Notes: generated by a model not told the origin, from the sequence alone. Numbered from the stretch's first letter, positions 11,447 to 30,020 are shown. The stretch is DNA of 64,000 bases from Podarcis melisellensis (GCA_964234715.1 OZ174275.1); one strand, 5' to 3'. Numbers and translations are program-made.

Positions 11447-14400
11447 GTGGGTCAAAAGTTCAGCAGATGGCTGATATTTTTTTTTACCTGGGAAGCATGG
11501 AGCTATTTAGTGGGAAAAGGGGCCACTCATCCCCCTTATGGCTTTTTTGTGGCTGTTACAAGAGTTTCAAAATGGCAGCAGCAGTCGTACAGGTGTTCAT
11601 CTTGATGGCCGCCAGGTGGTAGCTGTGGAACCACTGGTCTCACCATTCAGCAAAGTGACGTGGCGTGTGAGGGTTGAGGTTAGTAGCGGCAGTCTCCTGC
11701 CATTTCCTCGTGAGCTCTCTCGCCATTCGCTATGTTGAAGAAGAGAACTGTGAGTGCTATGCGGCCTGCTCAGTAACCCTAAGCTAGCCTTCTGCGGTAG
11801 AAAATGGCAGCGCTGAAGTAAGAGTCCACTTCCAGTTCAGTCAGCTTCTTCAGAGATTGCTGCAGGAAGCAAAATCGCTTTGGCCTAGAATGCCATGTTT
11901 TGCCTAGAATGGCAGAGGTGTCCTACAGTGAAGTTGGAAATGGGGAGACTTAACCTTGAGAGATGTAAACAAGCATTGTTTAGGATGCCAATGGTGCCAG
12001 CCAGAAGGAGGTTTTTGTCTTGCCAGAGCTGATAACCAACCAGAGCAGGGCTTACTGTGTTCCCCAAGATGTTGCTGGACATGATTCCTATGATGTCCAT
12101 TGGCCATGCTGACTGAGACTGATAGGAGGTGGAATCCAGGTTACCAGTTTGTTTTGTTTTGTTTCTTCCGCCCTCCAGTTTGCAATGGAACTCCCATGGT
12201 GGCTCACAAAAATATAACACCACCATTAAAATACAGTAATTTTAAATAATTGGCTAAATTATTTAATTCACTTGAAGGAAGTATTACACATTTACACCAA
12301 TACTGTGACCCTTGACTCTGGACTGTGTGTTTCGTAGCTGAGGAAACACGAGTGTGACTCACTGCCAAACTGAATGCACCTGTACAACATAAATGACTTA
12401 TGTAATCAACAATGTGACTCACAAGATCTGCAATTTGTTTATGACTTGAGTCAGAAGGCACTCATTGTGATGCCTTAATTTAAAAAGTCAAAAGGTGGTT
12501 CTGTGCAGGAATCATCTTTAGAAGATTGCCAGGGAAGAAGGAGAGAGAGAAAGAACACACAACACATTTTTGGACTAGCTGTACTTGTAAGGCGCACCTT
12601 TAACAGCCAACCTGCCAACATATTTTCTTCGACTGAGTAGGTAGGTACCAATTCCATACTTGGGATGCAAGCATTTTACTAATTGGTGTAATGTAGTGGC
12701 TGTAAAAGTGTGAGTTATGAGATGGTGATCCTCTGGTTCAAATTTTCATACTGTCATGGACTCACCTGGGAGTCTTATACAAGCCAAAGCAACAAAGAGT
12801 ATTGTAGCACCTAAAAAACCCCCAACAAACGTAAGCTGTTGTGGGCTTTTAAGTCAGCCATAGCCTCCTAGACACCCAGTCCCCTATAATGCAGGGACCA
12901 TAATGTTGCTGTACCACAAAGGGTTATTGCAATGACAGGGATAATGCATAGCAAGTACTTTGGGAACTTAGGGCAACACGGTACGTAATTATTATTGCTA
13001 TTAACTATTCTAACTTCTCCTTACTGATATGGATAGCCTCACTTAACAGGGTAGAAAATGAAGCATACTGTATGGGCATGTCGGTCTGTCTGACTATCCA
13101 CTCATCCTTCTCGCTGGGTTGTGAACGATTAAATCAAGCTCTATGAAACTATGAATGAAATCAATGGGTATGACTGACTCCTGTCAATTGTTCAATGGGT
13201 CTACTCTATTATTTACTTATTATTATTGTTACTTATCATTTCCTTTAATATTTACAAATGCTCTTGGAAAAGAAAAAAGAAAGAAAGGAGATTCTTCCAA
13301 ATTATTGCCTGGCAACCCTACGCTGATTCCATAGGGACCTTGAGTTGCCACCTTTCCCATGATATACGCACATGCCCTCATACTCCCTCACTCATGCAGT
13401 AGGAAACGTGAAATCTGCCACCCCCCTTCTCTGGTTTCATCTGCTCTTTCAGCCAGCTCTCTGGCCTTGCGGTGCAGCTTTTAAACACCAGGCTCGTCTA
13501 CTGGAGGTCTTTAATGCCTATCTGATAGGCAGAGCCCCATTTGCTAAATTTCTAAATAATCATTGCATCACCCCCTGAGTTTCTACCTCTTAAAAGAGAG
13601 CTGGGGGGAGATACCCAACAACTCCTGATTCAACCAAAAGCCTTTGTCAAGAGGTCAGGAGAAAAAGATTCCCGAGGGATGAACATGGTAGGGCTCTGTT
13701 AAATTGTTGGGTTCATTTTCTCCAGGCTCCTGGGAGGGAGCAAGGATTAGGAAGGGACTGTTAGGACATTGTCTGAATAATACAGGTTACACGGAAAGGG
13801 GGAGGATGTTAGGATATTGATGTTCCATTCTAGCTTGCTGGGAACTTCCATTTGTGTATAGCTTTTGCTTTACGCTTCTTGCTCTTGAACATGAAGGAGA
13901 GCAGACATGTTTTCTTTGTCCTGATCTATGCTGTATAAACTGCTTGTAAATATGCTTTACATATGCCTCTGTTCACCCTTCCGTCGTGAAGAGTTTGTTA
14001 TCTCTGCTGGCTTGCATGCTCAGCTTCTGAAGCTCTGAGTCGCTGATTGGTGCAGAACCAAGGGCTGGAGTTCGACCGGCAACCAGGCGGTGGGCTGGAA
14101 CCAGCTGGGGTCTTGCCAATTGCCCCCATTCCCTCAGACGCATCACCACAGGGGCTCGGTTCAGATTTGAATGCGAACCTACCTACTTCACATTTTCAAA
14201 AACAATATGCAAACCGAAACACAGCTGTCTTTTGAAATGTGCACTGATCCACATTTTGTGATGCAGTTCTCCTGCCAAATGATGTATACAAAAATTATTG
14301 TAGCACAGAGAAAGGGAGGGAGGGAGGGAACAAGGGTTGGGCCATGAGCATCCATGAAGGGGATGAGCAGTCCTTTCCCACTAGTAAACCATAATTCCCA

Positions 14401-15924
14401 GAATTCTTTGTCAAACCAGAGTATGTTTCTAGCCTTTGTAGACCCTGAGATATGGGACAAAACGTACAATTGCGTTTTGTCTTTCTTTTGTGTCTGAAGT
14501 TACCCTGCTCTCCCCCCTTTCAAGTATTTTACTCCCCACTGGAAAGGTGCCTGTGGACACCCATAAATGGAAGAATTTGGAGAGGAACCAAGGAAGAGGG
14601 GAATCAGAGCGAAAAAAGAATATAAAGGAAAGGAAGAAGGAAGCAATTTAGAATGAAAGATAAAGCTAGGAAGAAAGTAGATGTGGGTTGCATTGCTCTG
14701 TGTGCGTGTGCGCGCGCACACCCACACACCCACCCAAGGATAAGTATGAGAGAGAGGTGTGTTTGTTTCTAGGAATGTTGGCTCATTTCCTTGAGTGATC
14801 TGCTTCGCAAGGGCATGTGATCTTCACTCCATGGATTCATAGGATTTGTGACATCACTAGAGCTTGCCTTGTGACATCACCAGGCCCTGCCATGTGAGCC
14901 CAGGCTTTTGGATGCTAGAGACCAGGGAACCTCAAGGGCACTAGATCTGCTACACTCGCTCTGCCCTGCCAGGGAAGGAACATGGGAGTTGTGTCAGCAA
15001 CCGCTGGGTGGATCCAACAGTCAGCTCCTTACAATCACAAGGGTGACTATTCTTGTTGTCATCTCCTCCATGATCAGTGTAGCTCACCTCTAAGTGTACA
15101 TAGCTCAATGACAACCTTCTTCCTCAGATCAGGACAGCAAACAAGAAAAATTAGCATGGCATAATCTCAGAGAGGGTTGAAAACTGAAGTCCACATCTTT
15201 CTAGGTCAGGATGCCGTTAGAGGGAAAGAAATGAGTGTATATCTTGACCCTGATTTTAAACAACATTTGGATTTCTGAGACTATTTCACCCTTTCTGTGT
15301 GCTAAGTTATAATTTCTTTTTTATTCAGTCAGCAAGCTACAGAGCAGTCAAAGAAAACCCATAACTACAGAAAAGCATGTGTGAGACCAGGAAAAGAGCA
15401 ATTGAGACACTCTTTCCAATCCAAAATTGTATGGCATGTAGAGGGCTCTTAAAATACAATATGAGAGTCTTTCATATTTTATTTTAATATATTTTTTTGA
15501 AAAAGTATTAGTTTCATGTAATCCAGAATTTGTAAAAGAAAATTCTCAGAAAGGAGGCATTGGAATGTGGCAGTAGACTAACGGAACCACTTACGGTATC
15601 TCAGACTTGATTTATTGTAAAATTAAAAAAACCGAAACATCTAAATAAGCCAAGGAAGAGCTCTGCTCATTTATCTGTTCTCCAAAAAAGTTTCCTGTGC
15701 AAATGCAGGTCAGTGCCTTGACTGCCAGATTGAACATGCACTGTTAAGATAAGGGAATATGATCTGAGGCACTATTCCTGGCAGGTGTGGGTGTTGAATG
15801 GGCATTCCAGGATAAACTTGGAGATGAAAAGGGAAACTCCTAAATTTACATGGATTCTTAAAAGGAAATGCTGGTAGGTGAAGCCAGAGCCAATGAAAAG
15901 AAGAGCTAACCCGATTAGTTGTAA

Positions 15925-16322
15925 GATCATAGAATCTTAGAGATAGGAAGGGACCCAAAGGTCATCTAGTCCAACCCCCTGCAGTGCAGGAATCTCAGCT
16001 AAAGCATCCGTGACAGATGGCCATCCAACCTCTGCTTAAAAACCCCCAAGGAAGGAGAGTCCACAACCTCCAGAGGGAGTCCATTCCACTGTCAAACAGC
16101 TCTTACTGTCAGAAGTTCTTCCTGATGTTGAGTCAGAATCTTCTTTCTTGTAACTTTAATCCATTGCTTCGAGTCCTGCCCTGCAGAGCAGGAGAAAACA
16201 AGCATACTCCCTCTTCCATGTCACAGCCCTTAAGATATTTGAAGGTAGTTATCATATCTCCTCTCAGTCTCCTCTTTTCCAGGCAAAACATACCCAGCTC
16301 CTTCAAGTGTTCTTCAAGGCAG
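15925..16322 (-). mobile_element. CR1 LINE 3' fragment (shorter fragments about 18965-19025, 21945-22010, 37438-37630)
   Basis: LKELGMFCLEKRRLRGDMITTFKYLKG...RTRSNGLKLQERRF; ATCATAGAAT tail. Confidence 0.9.
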
Positions 16323-16396
16323 GTGTTAAGGGGCTGATGAGGTAGTTCTCCATTAGCCCTAACTGGTCTCCACTGGCTCATGCAGACTGTCAAGTA

Positions 16397-16655
16397 CCAT
16401 ATTTTTTGCTCTATAAGACTCACTTTTTCCCTTCTAAAAAGTAAGGGGAAATGTGTGTGCGTCTAATGGAGCGAATGCAGGCTGCACAGCTATCCCAGAA
16501 GCCAGAACAGCAAGAGGGATTGCTGCTTTCACTGTGCAGCGATCCCTCTTGCTGTTCTGGCTTCTGAGATTCAGAATTTTTTTTTCTTGTTTTCCTCCTC
16601 CAAAAACTAGGTGCGTCTAGTGGTCTGGTGCATCTTATAGAGCAAAAAATACGGG
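16397..16655. mobile_element. Tc1/pogo-type MITE with internal hairpin
   Basis: TIRs CCATATTTTTTGCTCTATAAGA / TCTTATAGAGCAAAAAATACGG, TA flanks. Confidence 0.78.
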
Positions 16656-17826
16656 TACTTTGTGTACAGCAAAAAAAAAAAGGTTTGTGCGATTAAAGTG
16701 GATTAAAACGCTTTGTTGCCCTTGTGCGAAAACCCCACTTTTTGCAGTTAGGAAAGTGATGAAGAAATGCCTTGAACAGTGTGGAATGCATGAATGATTG
16801 ATTGGTGAGAAGGTGAATATACGGCCTGTAAGCGAATCAGGGTGACTGTAAAAAGGGATTGGACAGATTTGTGGAGAATAAGGATATGAATGGCTACTGG
16901 TCCAGTCTCAGAGGCAGTACATCTCCTTGAGATTGTGAGCAGGAAAGGGCTCTTGTGCTCAGGTCTTGGTATCTGGTTGGCTGCTGTGAGAACAGAATGC
17001 TGGGCTAGGTGGGCCTCTGGTTTTATCCAGCAGCCAGGCTCCTCTTATGTGTGTTTGAAAAGAGAACAGAGAGTTTTGAAGGGTTTCCCCTTCCCTGAAG
17101 AAGTGAGAGGAGACTGAGAAGCATTTATCCTTCTTCCATTTAAAAAAAGAGGAAGTAATGAAGCTGAAAAACCTTACTTGTCTGAGAAAAGCTGCCTGGA
17201 TGATCTAAAATAAATTTTAGATTTAAAAAAATGGGGGATTTTGAAACAAACGGAAGTTGAGGAATGTCATGCTACTTGGAGAGGATATAAGCTTCTAAGA
17301 ACAGAGCCTATTCAATTGCGGCTCTGAAGTCGTAGCAGGCACACCCTTCAAGCGAGGTCTGCCTGTGTTCCTCCTGGGTCTCCTTTCGAAGGCAAGTGAA
17401 AACATTCTTATTTCACCAGGCGTTTGGGATGTAACTGGAGGTGTGCTTTAACTGTTGCTCTGTTATCAACAACTTTCTTGACTGTGTATCTGCATGCAAA
17501 CTGTTCTGGGGGGTTGGAATTGTATGGAATGTTCAATATTTGCAGGGAATGACCCAACTGGTGGATTACGTATTTTCCTTGCAGGGTAGAGCAAATTTAT
17601 ATGTTTGTTTGTTTGTCTGTTGTTTTAAAATTCTTGTTTATTTATTTTAAATAGCGTTATAACACCCCTTGTCAAACCCCGGCCTTGTTTTACACCATTA
17701 ACAGTACAATCTTATACATGCCTACTCGGAAGTAGCTTCCATTGAGTTCAGTAGGTTTTCTTCCAGAATCGTAGTCAAAAATGTCAGAAAGCTATAAACT
17801 ATACAATTAAAAAAAACACCCAACTA

Positions 17827-18045
17827 CAGTGGTACCTCAGGTTAAGAACTTAATTTGTTCTGGAGGTCCGTTCTTAATCTGAAACTGTTCTTAACCTGAA
17901 GCACCACTTTAGCTAATGGGGCCTCCTGCTGCCGCCGCGCCATTACCGTGCGATTTCTGTTCTCATCCTGAAGCAAAGTTCTTAACCCAAGGTACTATTT
18001 CTGGGTAAGTGGAGTCTGTAACCTGAAGCATCTGTAACCCGAGGC
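17827..18045. mobile_element. Tigger/pogo-like MITE, right end truncated
   Basis: TA-CAGTGGTACCTC start, family body. Confidence 0.8.
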
Positions 18046-19788
18046 TCATAACATACTAGTCCGTAGCGAGTGTTGCAAACTTATTTCAGATCTGTGCGAG
18101 CATACTAAAGAGCAGCTGTATTGTTCTGTAATTATTTCACCAATAGGTTGACTGCATCTTTGCGAGAGAAATTCCGGAGGAAGTGAGGACAGACAGCCGC
18201 ATCTACCTATTCTGTTCCGCAACATCGTGTGTGCAATGTCCTGCTTTTAAAATGAGTCCTGCCACACAGAGGGAACTAATCTGAGAAGATAAGCAAACAG
18301 CATATTGATCCAGCCAGATCATATAGGAGAAGAAACACCCTTTTCCTAAGAAGCCACAGTCAGCATGACAGAGGTAAATGTATAGATGGACTCTGTTTTG
18401 TTTTGCAACTCTTTAGTTTTCAGCCAGCCTCCGAAACAGGTGATTGCTTTATGCCTCTGTAAGTCTATGCGTACAAGTGATCTGAAGCCATGGCACTGAA
18501 GAAGTCAAGCTAGCAATGCCCTCAGCAGCACTGCAGAATCAGGGCAAGAAATGGGTGTACACAAGTCTGAGCTCATCTGTGAAATCTCTTGATGGCCTTG
18601 GTCAAATGATTCTTTCCCAACCTCAGTTGCCTCTCTCTGATGTGAGAATGGGTGAAGTAATAGTTGTAATTAATCCTGTGCCGTGGAAATGTTACAGTCA
18701 TGCTTGTTCCAGGCTGACGGCATAAGGTGGAGCCAGCATGCTGAATGAGCTAAGCACACCTGGGTCTGGAAAGTGTGCATAAAAATGCATTTAGACTAGG
18801 GAGGGCGACTTGAACAGATACATAGATTAGGCAAAACTGCATTAAAACATGCATATTTTGAGAAATCCACGTTAAAAAGCTGGTGAACTTTTCACAACGG
18901 CATTTCCCCCCTAAATAAATAAATAAATATCACAGACTGATGCAGAAATGTTAGAAACATATATAATTATAGTGTTGGAGGGGACCCCAAGGGCCCACTA
19001 GTCCAGCCCCCTGCCATGCAGGAATATGCAGGTGGCCCATATGGGGATCAAACCAGCGACACAGGTGGTGTTAGCACCATGCTCTAACCAATTGAGCTAA
19101 CTGTCGTTGTGGCAAACTGTATTTAAGACCGGGAAAAGTGTGAGAGAAACTGAAATTGGCAGAGTTGTACACCCCTAGAACCTGCCAGTGCCTGAGTAGG
19201 GATGTTCAGGAAGCCCCATATAATAAGATACCTTGAGTTCAAAGGAAGAAATGTAGGGTATAAATGCTCCCTCCCCAGAAATGCTAGGCTGGCTCCCTCC
19301 TTGCTGCCCTTTTGCTGGCAGGTGAAGACTTCCTTATTCCTACAGGCTTTTAGGGACTGACTGCTCTGAATGAAAATTTCATTGTAATTATCTGTATGTT
19401 TTTAATAATAATAATAATAATATAATTTATTTATATCCCACCCTCCCCAGCCAAAGCCGGGCTCAGAGCAGCTAACAATAGAGCTTATATATGTGTGTAT
19501 ATGTGTGTGTGTGTATAGTTTTAATTCTATTAATGTTTAATTGTTTTTTCCCCTATGTTTTAAACTGTTCCTATTTTTACTGTAAGCTGCCTTGAGTCCC
19601 TGTCAGGGAAAAAGGCAGAATGTTAATGATAACACTAATACTAATACTAATAATACTAATACTAATGTAGTCAATAGAACAGATATCATACAATACATAA
19701 GGGCAAGTTGCTCCAAATCTTACCTTACATCCTCCATTAATTCACTGGCCACTATTTCTCAGTCTCAAAACCCGTTGCTTTAATAATA

Positions 19789-20030
19789 CAGTGGTACCTC
19801 GGGTTAAGTACTTAATTCGTTCCGGAGGTCCATTCTTAACCTGAAACTGTTCTTAACCTGAAGCACCACTTTAGCTAATGGGGCCTCCCGCTGCTGCCGT
19901 GCCGCCGCTGCGCGATTTCTGTCCTCATCCTGAAGCAAAGTTCTTAACCCGAGGTACTATTTCTGGGTTAGCGGAGTCTGTAACCTGAAGCGTATGTAAC
20001 CTGAAGCGTATGTAACCCGAAGTACCACTG
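19789..20030. mobile_element. Tigger/pogo-like MITE, full length
   Basis: TA-CAGTGGTACCTCGGGTTA ... TAACCCGAAGTACCACTG-TA. Confidence 0.88.
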
Positions 20031-20428
20031 TATTGACCTACCTTACAGAGTGGTTGTTAGGCTTGGCAAGATTATGTGAAGTGCTATATTTTCAGCCCAA
20101 CCCCATTGTGTGCTATATTTCAGATTCTGTTGACTTCAAGGGACTTTACTCCCCATATACAGCCTGATTGAGAGGCAACAAATCTGTGGTGCTTCCTAAC
20201 TACTTAAAACTTCCACTCTGATGAATGCAAAGTGACCATTTTATTTACTGGCCCCCAGGGAAGCTTTCCTTATTTTAACAGAAGTTAAAGGCTGGTGATG
20301 GAAAGTGTGAGTGGCTCTCAGTGTTGCCCCCACGTTTTATTTCCTTTAGATTTTCACAGTCAGGAAATGATGCTAATGGCAGGGAAATGCCTGTTGTAAC
20401 GTGTCTTTCTGTCTCTTTCAAGGAGGAA

Positions 20429-25041
<4,613 letters not shown>

Positions 25042-25884
25042 AATTGCATCCGAAAAAACTCCAGCTCGTGCTTTTTCAAGCTGTGCGTACCGAACAATGA
25101 AGATGAATACATCTGTTTTCAAGCATCCAGAGATGTTGGCAATAATTGCTTCTCTTTTCTTGTTTACCCCTTTTTTTAAAGAGCAGTTGTCATAAGGACT
25201 GCTTTGCCCAGTGGTAGTGAAGGCAGATCTAGATGACTCAGGCTTAGCATTTGCCAACTCAAATAAATCTTAGTGAATCGACCAGTCAAATATTGTTCGA
25301 GTAATGGTTTGAAATTATTAGTTTGTCAGAATGTTGTCAAAGTACACAGATAATTATGCCCGTTGCAAATACTACAACCTGTTAACAGAGCCCGGTTCCT
25401 CCTAAGAGCTCTACCCAACACCTGGGAGGTATCTCTTTCTCCTCGCACAGAAAATACTATTGACTTGTACTATTGACTTCCCAGGAACTTATGACTTGTC
25501 CCATTTTTCCTTAACAAACATTTTCTGGTGCTAAATGCCTCTGAGCATATTTTGGCTCTCTTTTCTTCCCAAAGGCAATAGATCCTTTGAGGGGATGGCT
25601 TCCAAGGGCTTCTGAGCATGTATAGAACATCTTTCCTTTCTGAAGAATGTGTTCCTTTGCGTATCTGAAGATTGGTAGCGCATATCCCATGCCCTACCCC
25701 CAGGCTGCTTGGCTAGGGTGGTCTATGGGGAGGCTAGTAGAGCAGAAGTGTGCCAACTCCTTCCTGAATGAGTGGCTGGCCTGGCCGGCCCATGAGGCAA
25801 GCTGAGACTCCCAAATCAGTGGCCAAATGTCCTGGGCCGGCCCTAATGAGCAATGAGTGATCCTGACTCTTCCAAAGCTGTATG

Positions 25885-25985
25885 CCGGCTCCCTCTGCAA
25901 ATAAAACGAGATGAGCGCCGCAACCCCAGAGTCGGCCATGACTGGACCTAATGGTCAGGGGTCCCTTTACCTTTACCTTTACCTT
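25885..25985 (+). mobile_element. Sauria SINE 3' end inside the DHRS9 3' region
   Basis: GAGATGAGCGCCGCAACCCCAGAGTCGG...(ACCTTT)n tail. Confidence 0.85.
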
Positions 25986-26540
25986 GTAGATGGTTCATCC
26001 AAGGGTTTATAAGTGTTGAGCAGAAGGAGACATAAAGATTCTGCTGCATCGCAGGCATACACTTTCAGTTGTCTTCGACTTTTCAGTGGGGGGAAAAAGA
26101 GGACCTTGGGGCTGAACTTCAATCTGCAAACCAGTTCTTTGTGTGGCTTATAAAATTTACCTGTGGGTGGAGTAAATTCAGAACGGTAATGTGAGTGGAC
26201 AACTTTCAGTTGTTTGAGGAAAGCTCCTCAAATAGCAGCCAGTATAAAAACATCTATCCAGTCTAATTTTCAGAGTCTGTTAAAGCTAAAATAGCCATTT
26301 TAGTGCATCTCAGAGAATTATCATATGTATTGTATTATTGTTTTTTCCGTGCAGGAGTCATTAATTTATTGTGTGTTACAAACTATACTGTTCTGTATTT
26401 CAATATTACGTTATTTGTACATTGTAAATATTGGTAACGTTTTGTTAGAAGCAACATACTTGTCCCACACAATGGTATAATGCACGCTAGCTTGCCATGT
26501 TTATAATTGTTCCTTCCAATGGACATAAGGGCATTCATAA

Positions 26541-26546
26541 AATAAA
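26541..26546 (+). terminator. Candidate distal polyadenylation signal of DHRS9 (proximal candidate at 25262-25267)
   Basis: AATAAA at the end of an AU-rich 3'UTR-like stretch containing TGTACATTGTAAATA. Confidence 0.45.
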
Positions 26547-28261
26547 TACTTGAAGACTATCAGAGTAATGTCCCTGAAGTGCAATAGGTTTATCCAATGT
26601 TAGTCCTAAACAGAGTAGACCCACTGAAATAAATGGACCCAAGTTAGCCATTTCTATTAATTTCAATGTGTTTACTCTGAGTAGGGTTACAGACTAATGG
26701 ATTTTGGAGTGGGCTCTATGAAATTTTACTTTTGTGTCTTGTTAATATTTCTACCTCAGTTTAGGCATGGCAAAACCACTGAAGCTATTTTTTTTCTTTT
26801 CCGTTTTGCACTTTCCATGCAATGGGCAATTGTGTTTGCTTGCTTCCTCTGTCATTCATGAAAGCCTTTGGTGGGTTTACATGCAAAAAGCTTGTGATTC
26901 TTAACTGTTCAGTGCTGTTTAAATAAACATACCTTTCTCCCTTAGGAATCATCCTATATATACTAATAGTGAAGTCTGTTCTATAAGTGCTTGTCCTTAT
27001 ATGGCCAAAACAATACCATCCCCACAGAAGAGGAGAGGTATCAGCACACTTGGTGTAACCCCTTTGCAAAAATAAATGGAGAGGATAATCCCAAAACAGG
27101 CCAATATGTGGTTTAATTTACTCTCTAAAATAAAGCCTTAAATTAGTCCATATGTTTCTATAACACTGATATGCAATGGTTTCTTGTGGAATAACAGAAT
27201 TTCCAGTTAATATAAACTTCCTTTTGATCTATTTTGAGAATCAAGGCCAGCCAGTTGTCATGTCAAACAAGCCCTTGGGCTGATGGAACTACAAGTTCCA
27301 GGGTGTGTAATATAGTCATGGGATGGCCCCATGAACTTACTTGCCACTGGTTGGTTTCATGGTGACCTGAAAGCCTGATCACTTTTGGTTTAGCCCCAAG
27401 GTTGGAGATCTCATGCCTACCTTCAGGAAATCACGTTATGTAGTACACAAAGTACTTAACTATTCTTATTAGGCTACTTCATTAATTACTCTATTTGAGA
27501 AACAGAGATCTGTGGAAATAAAGAGCAAGATTTTGGGGAAATTCTCAAGGAATTCACCAAATTCACTTTCCATGTGTCTATGTTTAGATCCTATATAGCC
27601 TTATTATCAGGGGCAGCCCACCTATGAGGCAAGGTGAGGAGACCACCTCAGGCAGCAGGATCCGCAGGGTCATCAGATTCCAATGTAGATCTTTATTTCC
27701 CCCTTGTTCCCGATGTAGATCTTCACTCACCCCTTCTTCCCTGGCAAGGAGGGATTCCATTTTGTGGTTTGCCTCAGGTGCCAAAATGTCCTGGGCCAGT
27801 CCTACTTATTATTATTCCCTTTGCTGGAAATCATTTTAAGCATCTGATAATAGGCTTCAGAATAATAGTGTCTTTCAAGCAAACCTAAGGTTTAGCTCCA
27901 TTGCTCAGGCTGGTGAAAATAAAGCAAGTGTCCTTTTTCACAGTTAATAAGTAACTTACAAGCCTCCCATTTGCAATGTGTTATGCTGCCCACAGAGTAA
28001 AGAACTCTAGTCCATCTGTCTGCCTTTGGTGCTGTTTTGGGTTGTATAAGGCAAGACAGAGATTAATGACCAAACACATATTTCCTCTCTTTTGAAAAAC
28101 TCCAGTCAGTAACTAGTGATCCTGTTGTGTAATAACATTAGTCTGTTATCTCCCCATGAGCAAATCACCACTAAGCTCTGCTATTCTGACAACACTGAAA
28201 ACTTGTTGAAGAACATACAAAGGAAACAAGTACCTGATTTCAGACATCCCTCCTCATATAT

Positions 28262-28582
28262 AATAATAATAATAAATTTATTATACCCCACCCATCTGGC
28301 TGGGTTGCCCCAGTCACTCTGGGCAGCTCACAATACATATAAAAACATAATAAAATATCAAACATCAATAACTTCCTGATACAAGGCTGCCTTCAGATGT
28401 CTTCTGAAAGTTGTATAGTTATTTGTCTCCTTGACATCTGATGGGAGGGCATTCCACAGGGTGGGCGCCCTGTGCCTAGTTCCCTGTAACGTCTCTTCTC
28501 GTAGTGAGGGAACTGCCAGAAGGCCCTCAAAGCTGGACTGAAGTGTTCCGGCTGAAGGACAGGGGTGGAGACGCTCCTTCAG
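28262..28582 (-). mobile_element. L2-type LINE 3' fragment
   Basis: (TAA)n tail then ATACCCCACCCATCTGGCTGGG...GGGAGGGCATTCCACAG, typical of squamate L2 3' ends. Confidence 0.6.
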
Positions 28583-29129
28583 GTTTTATGTTCTATCAGT
28601 TCTGATAGTAACAACCCCTTGTTTGATAGGACAGGAGAACTGCCCAGACCTCACACTGCCCTGGATGGAAGTAGTTTGCATGTATCTGTGCATTCAGTCT
28701 GGCACTCCCTTGAATTAAGGAAGCTTCCTAATATATATATATATATATATCCTCAGAAATTTCAACCCTAGGATCGCCGTCCTACGCATGTCAACTGGGA
28801 AGTAATTTCACTGCATTCAATGGGATTTTCTTTCAGGTATATGTATGCATAATACAGATTGGCAACCTGTTATAAGGGGTCACATGTGACTCGAGCGTCA
28901 CTTTACATGGCACCCTTCCCCCGCCACCAGCACCTTTCAAAGCTACCCAATTCTTCCATCCCATCAGTCCCCCCCCCATCCTGTTAATTTTCTTCTTATT
29001 TTTCATTGATTTTAAATGGTTTGTTAATGCATGCATTCTTGGAGAAGACTTATTATCTGGAGCTATTCCAATCAGTTTCAGAACTGAATCAATCTTGGTC
29101 TCTATCAAGAGACAGAGACAAAGAGACAG

Positions 29130-29565
29130 GGGAAATGAGACCTTGTTGCTGCTGCATCTTGGGCGTTTGGTGGCTTTGGACACCATCAATCATGCCATCA
29201 TTTCTGAGTCAGTACATTGGGGTGGATATTGGAGGCACTGTTTTAAGGTGGTTCTGATCCTACCTAGAGTATCATGTCCAGAGAATAGCACCAAGGGAGA
29301 GCTCCCTGGCCCCCTGGTATTTGCAGTATGGGGTGCCACTGGGTACCAAACTCTCCCCAAATTCTCCGTGCTGCTGCACTCAGGGCCTGCTAGTGACCTT
29401 CCAATAAGCAAGTGGTTGGTTACTGAGAGTGCAAGATGCTGGACTTGGCCTGATACAGCATGGCTCTTGTTGTTGTTGTTTTCCATCTATGTAAAGCCAG
29501 TGGGAGCAGTCATTAGGAGTTTCGGGACAAGGTGCCAATCATTATGCTGACAACACCCAGCTGGG
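29130..29565 (+). mobile_element. Degenerate L2/CR1-group reverse transcriptase fragment
   Basis: Remnants TLLLLHLGRLVALDTINH (LLDLSAAFDTIDH-like), FSIYVKPVGAVIRSFG and TATGCTGACAACACCCAG (YADNTQ). Confidence 0.65.
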
Positions 29566-29690
29566 AAGTCTAATCTGATGTAGCCATGGTGAAAATCAAA
29601 ACAGGGCAGCCTTTATTCTAGATTTGTTAATCCAGTTAATCCAGACTTTTGTCACTGGTTCTATGCATTAGCAGCCTGACTGTACCACTA

Positions 29691-29905
29691 CAATGATACC
29701 TCGGGTTACAGATGCTTCAGGTTACCGACTCCACTAACCCAGAAATAGTACTTCAGGTTAAGAACTTTGCTTCAGGGTGAGAAGAGGAATCATGCGGTGG
29801 CAGCAGGAGGCCCCATTAGCTAAAGTGGTGCTTCAGGTTAAGAACAGTTTCAGGTTAAGAACAGACCTCCAGAACAAATTAAGTTCTTAACCCGAGGTAC
29901 CACTG
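29691..29905. mobile_element. Tigger/pogo-like MITE
   Basis: TA flanks, ends GAGGTACCACTG. Confidence 0.83.
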
Positions 29906-30020
29906 TATTAGCATGAGGCTCCTGATGGATTACCGGTATCCCTGAGGGAATGTCGGTCTCAACAGAGGCAGGCAGGCAGACAGACAGAGGTTCTTTCCCT
30001 TGACTGTCTTTCTGGAATTA

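Noticed and set aside
11560-11880. Cluster of AAAATGGC (YY1-like) motifs and CpGs suggesting a promoter
   Set aside because: No associated exon or splice signal found; lies among MITEs and may be an unrecognized repeat
13698-14130. Possible LTR (TGTT start, TATAAA-like motif)
   Set aside because: Could not identify a matching CA end with a target-site duplication
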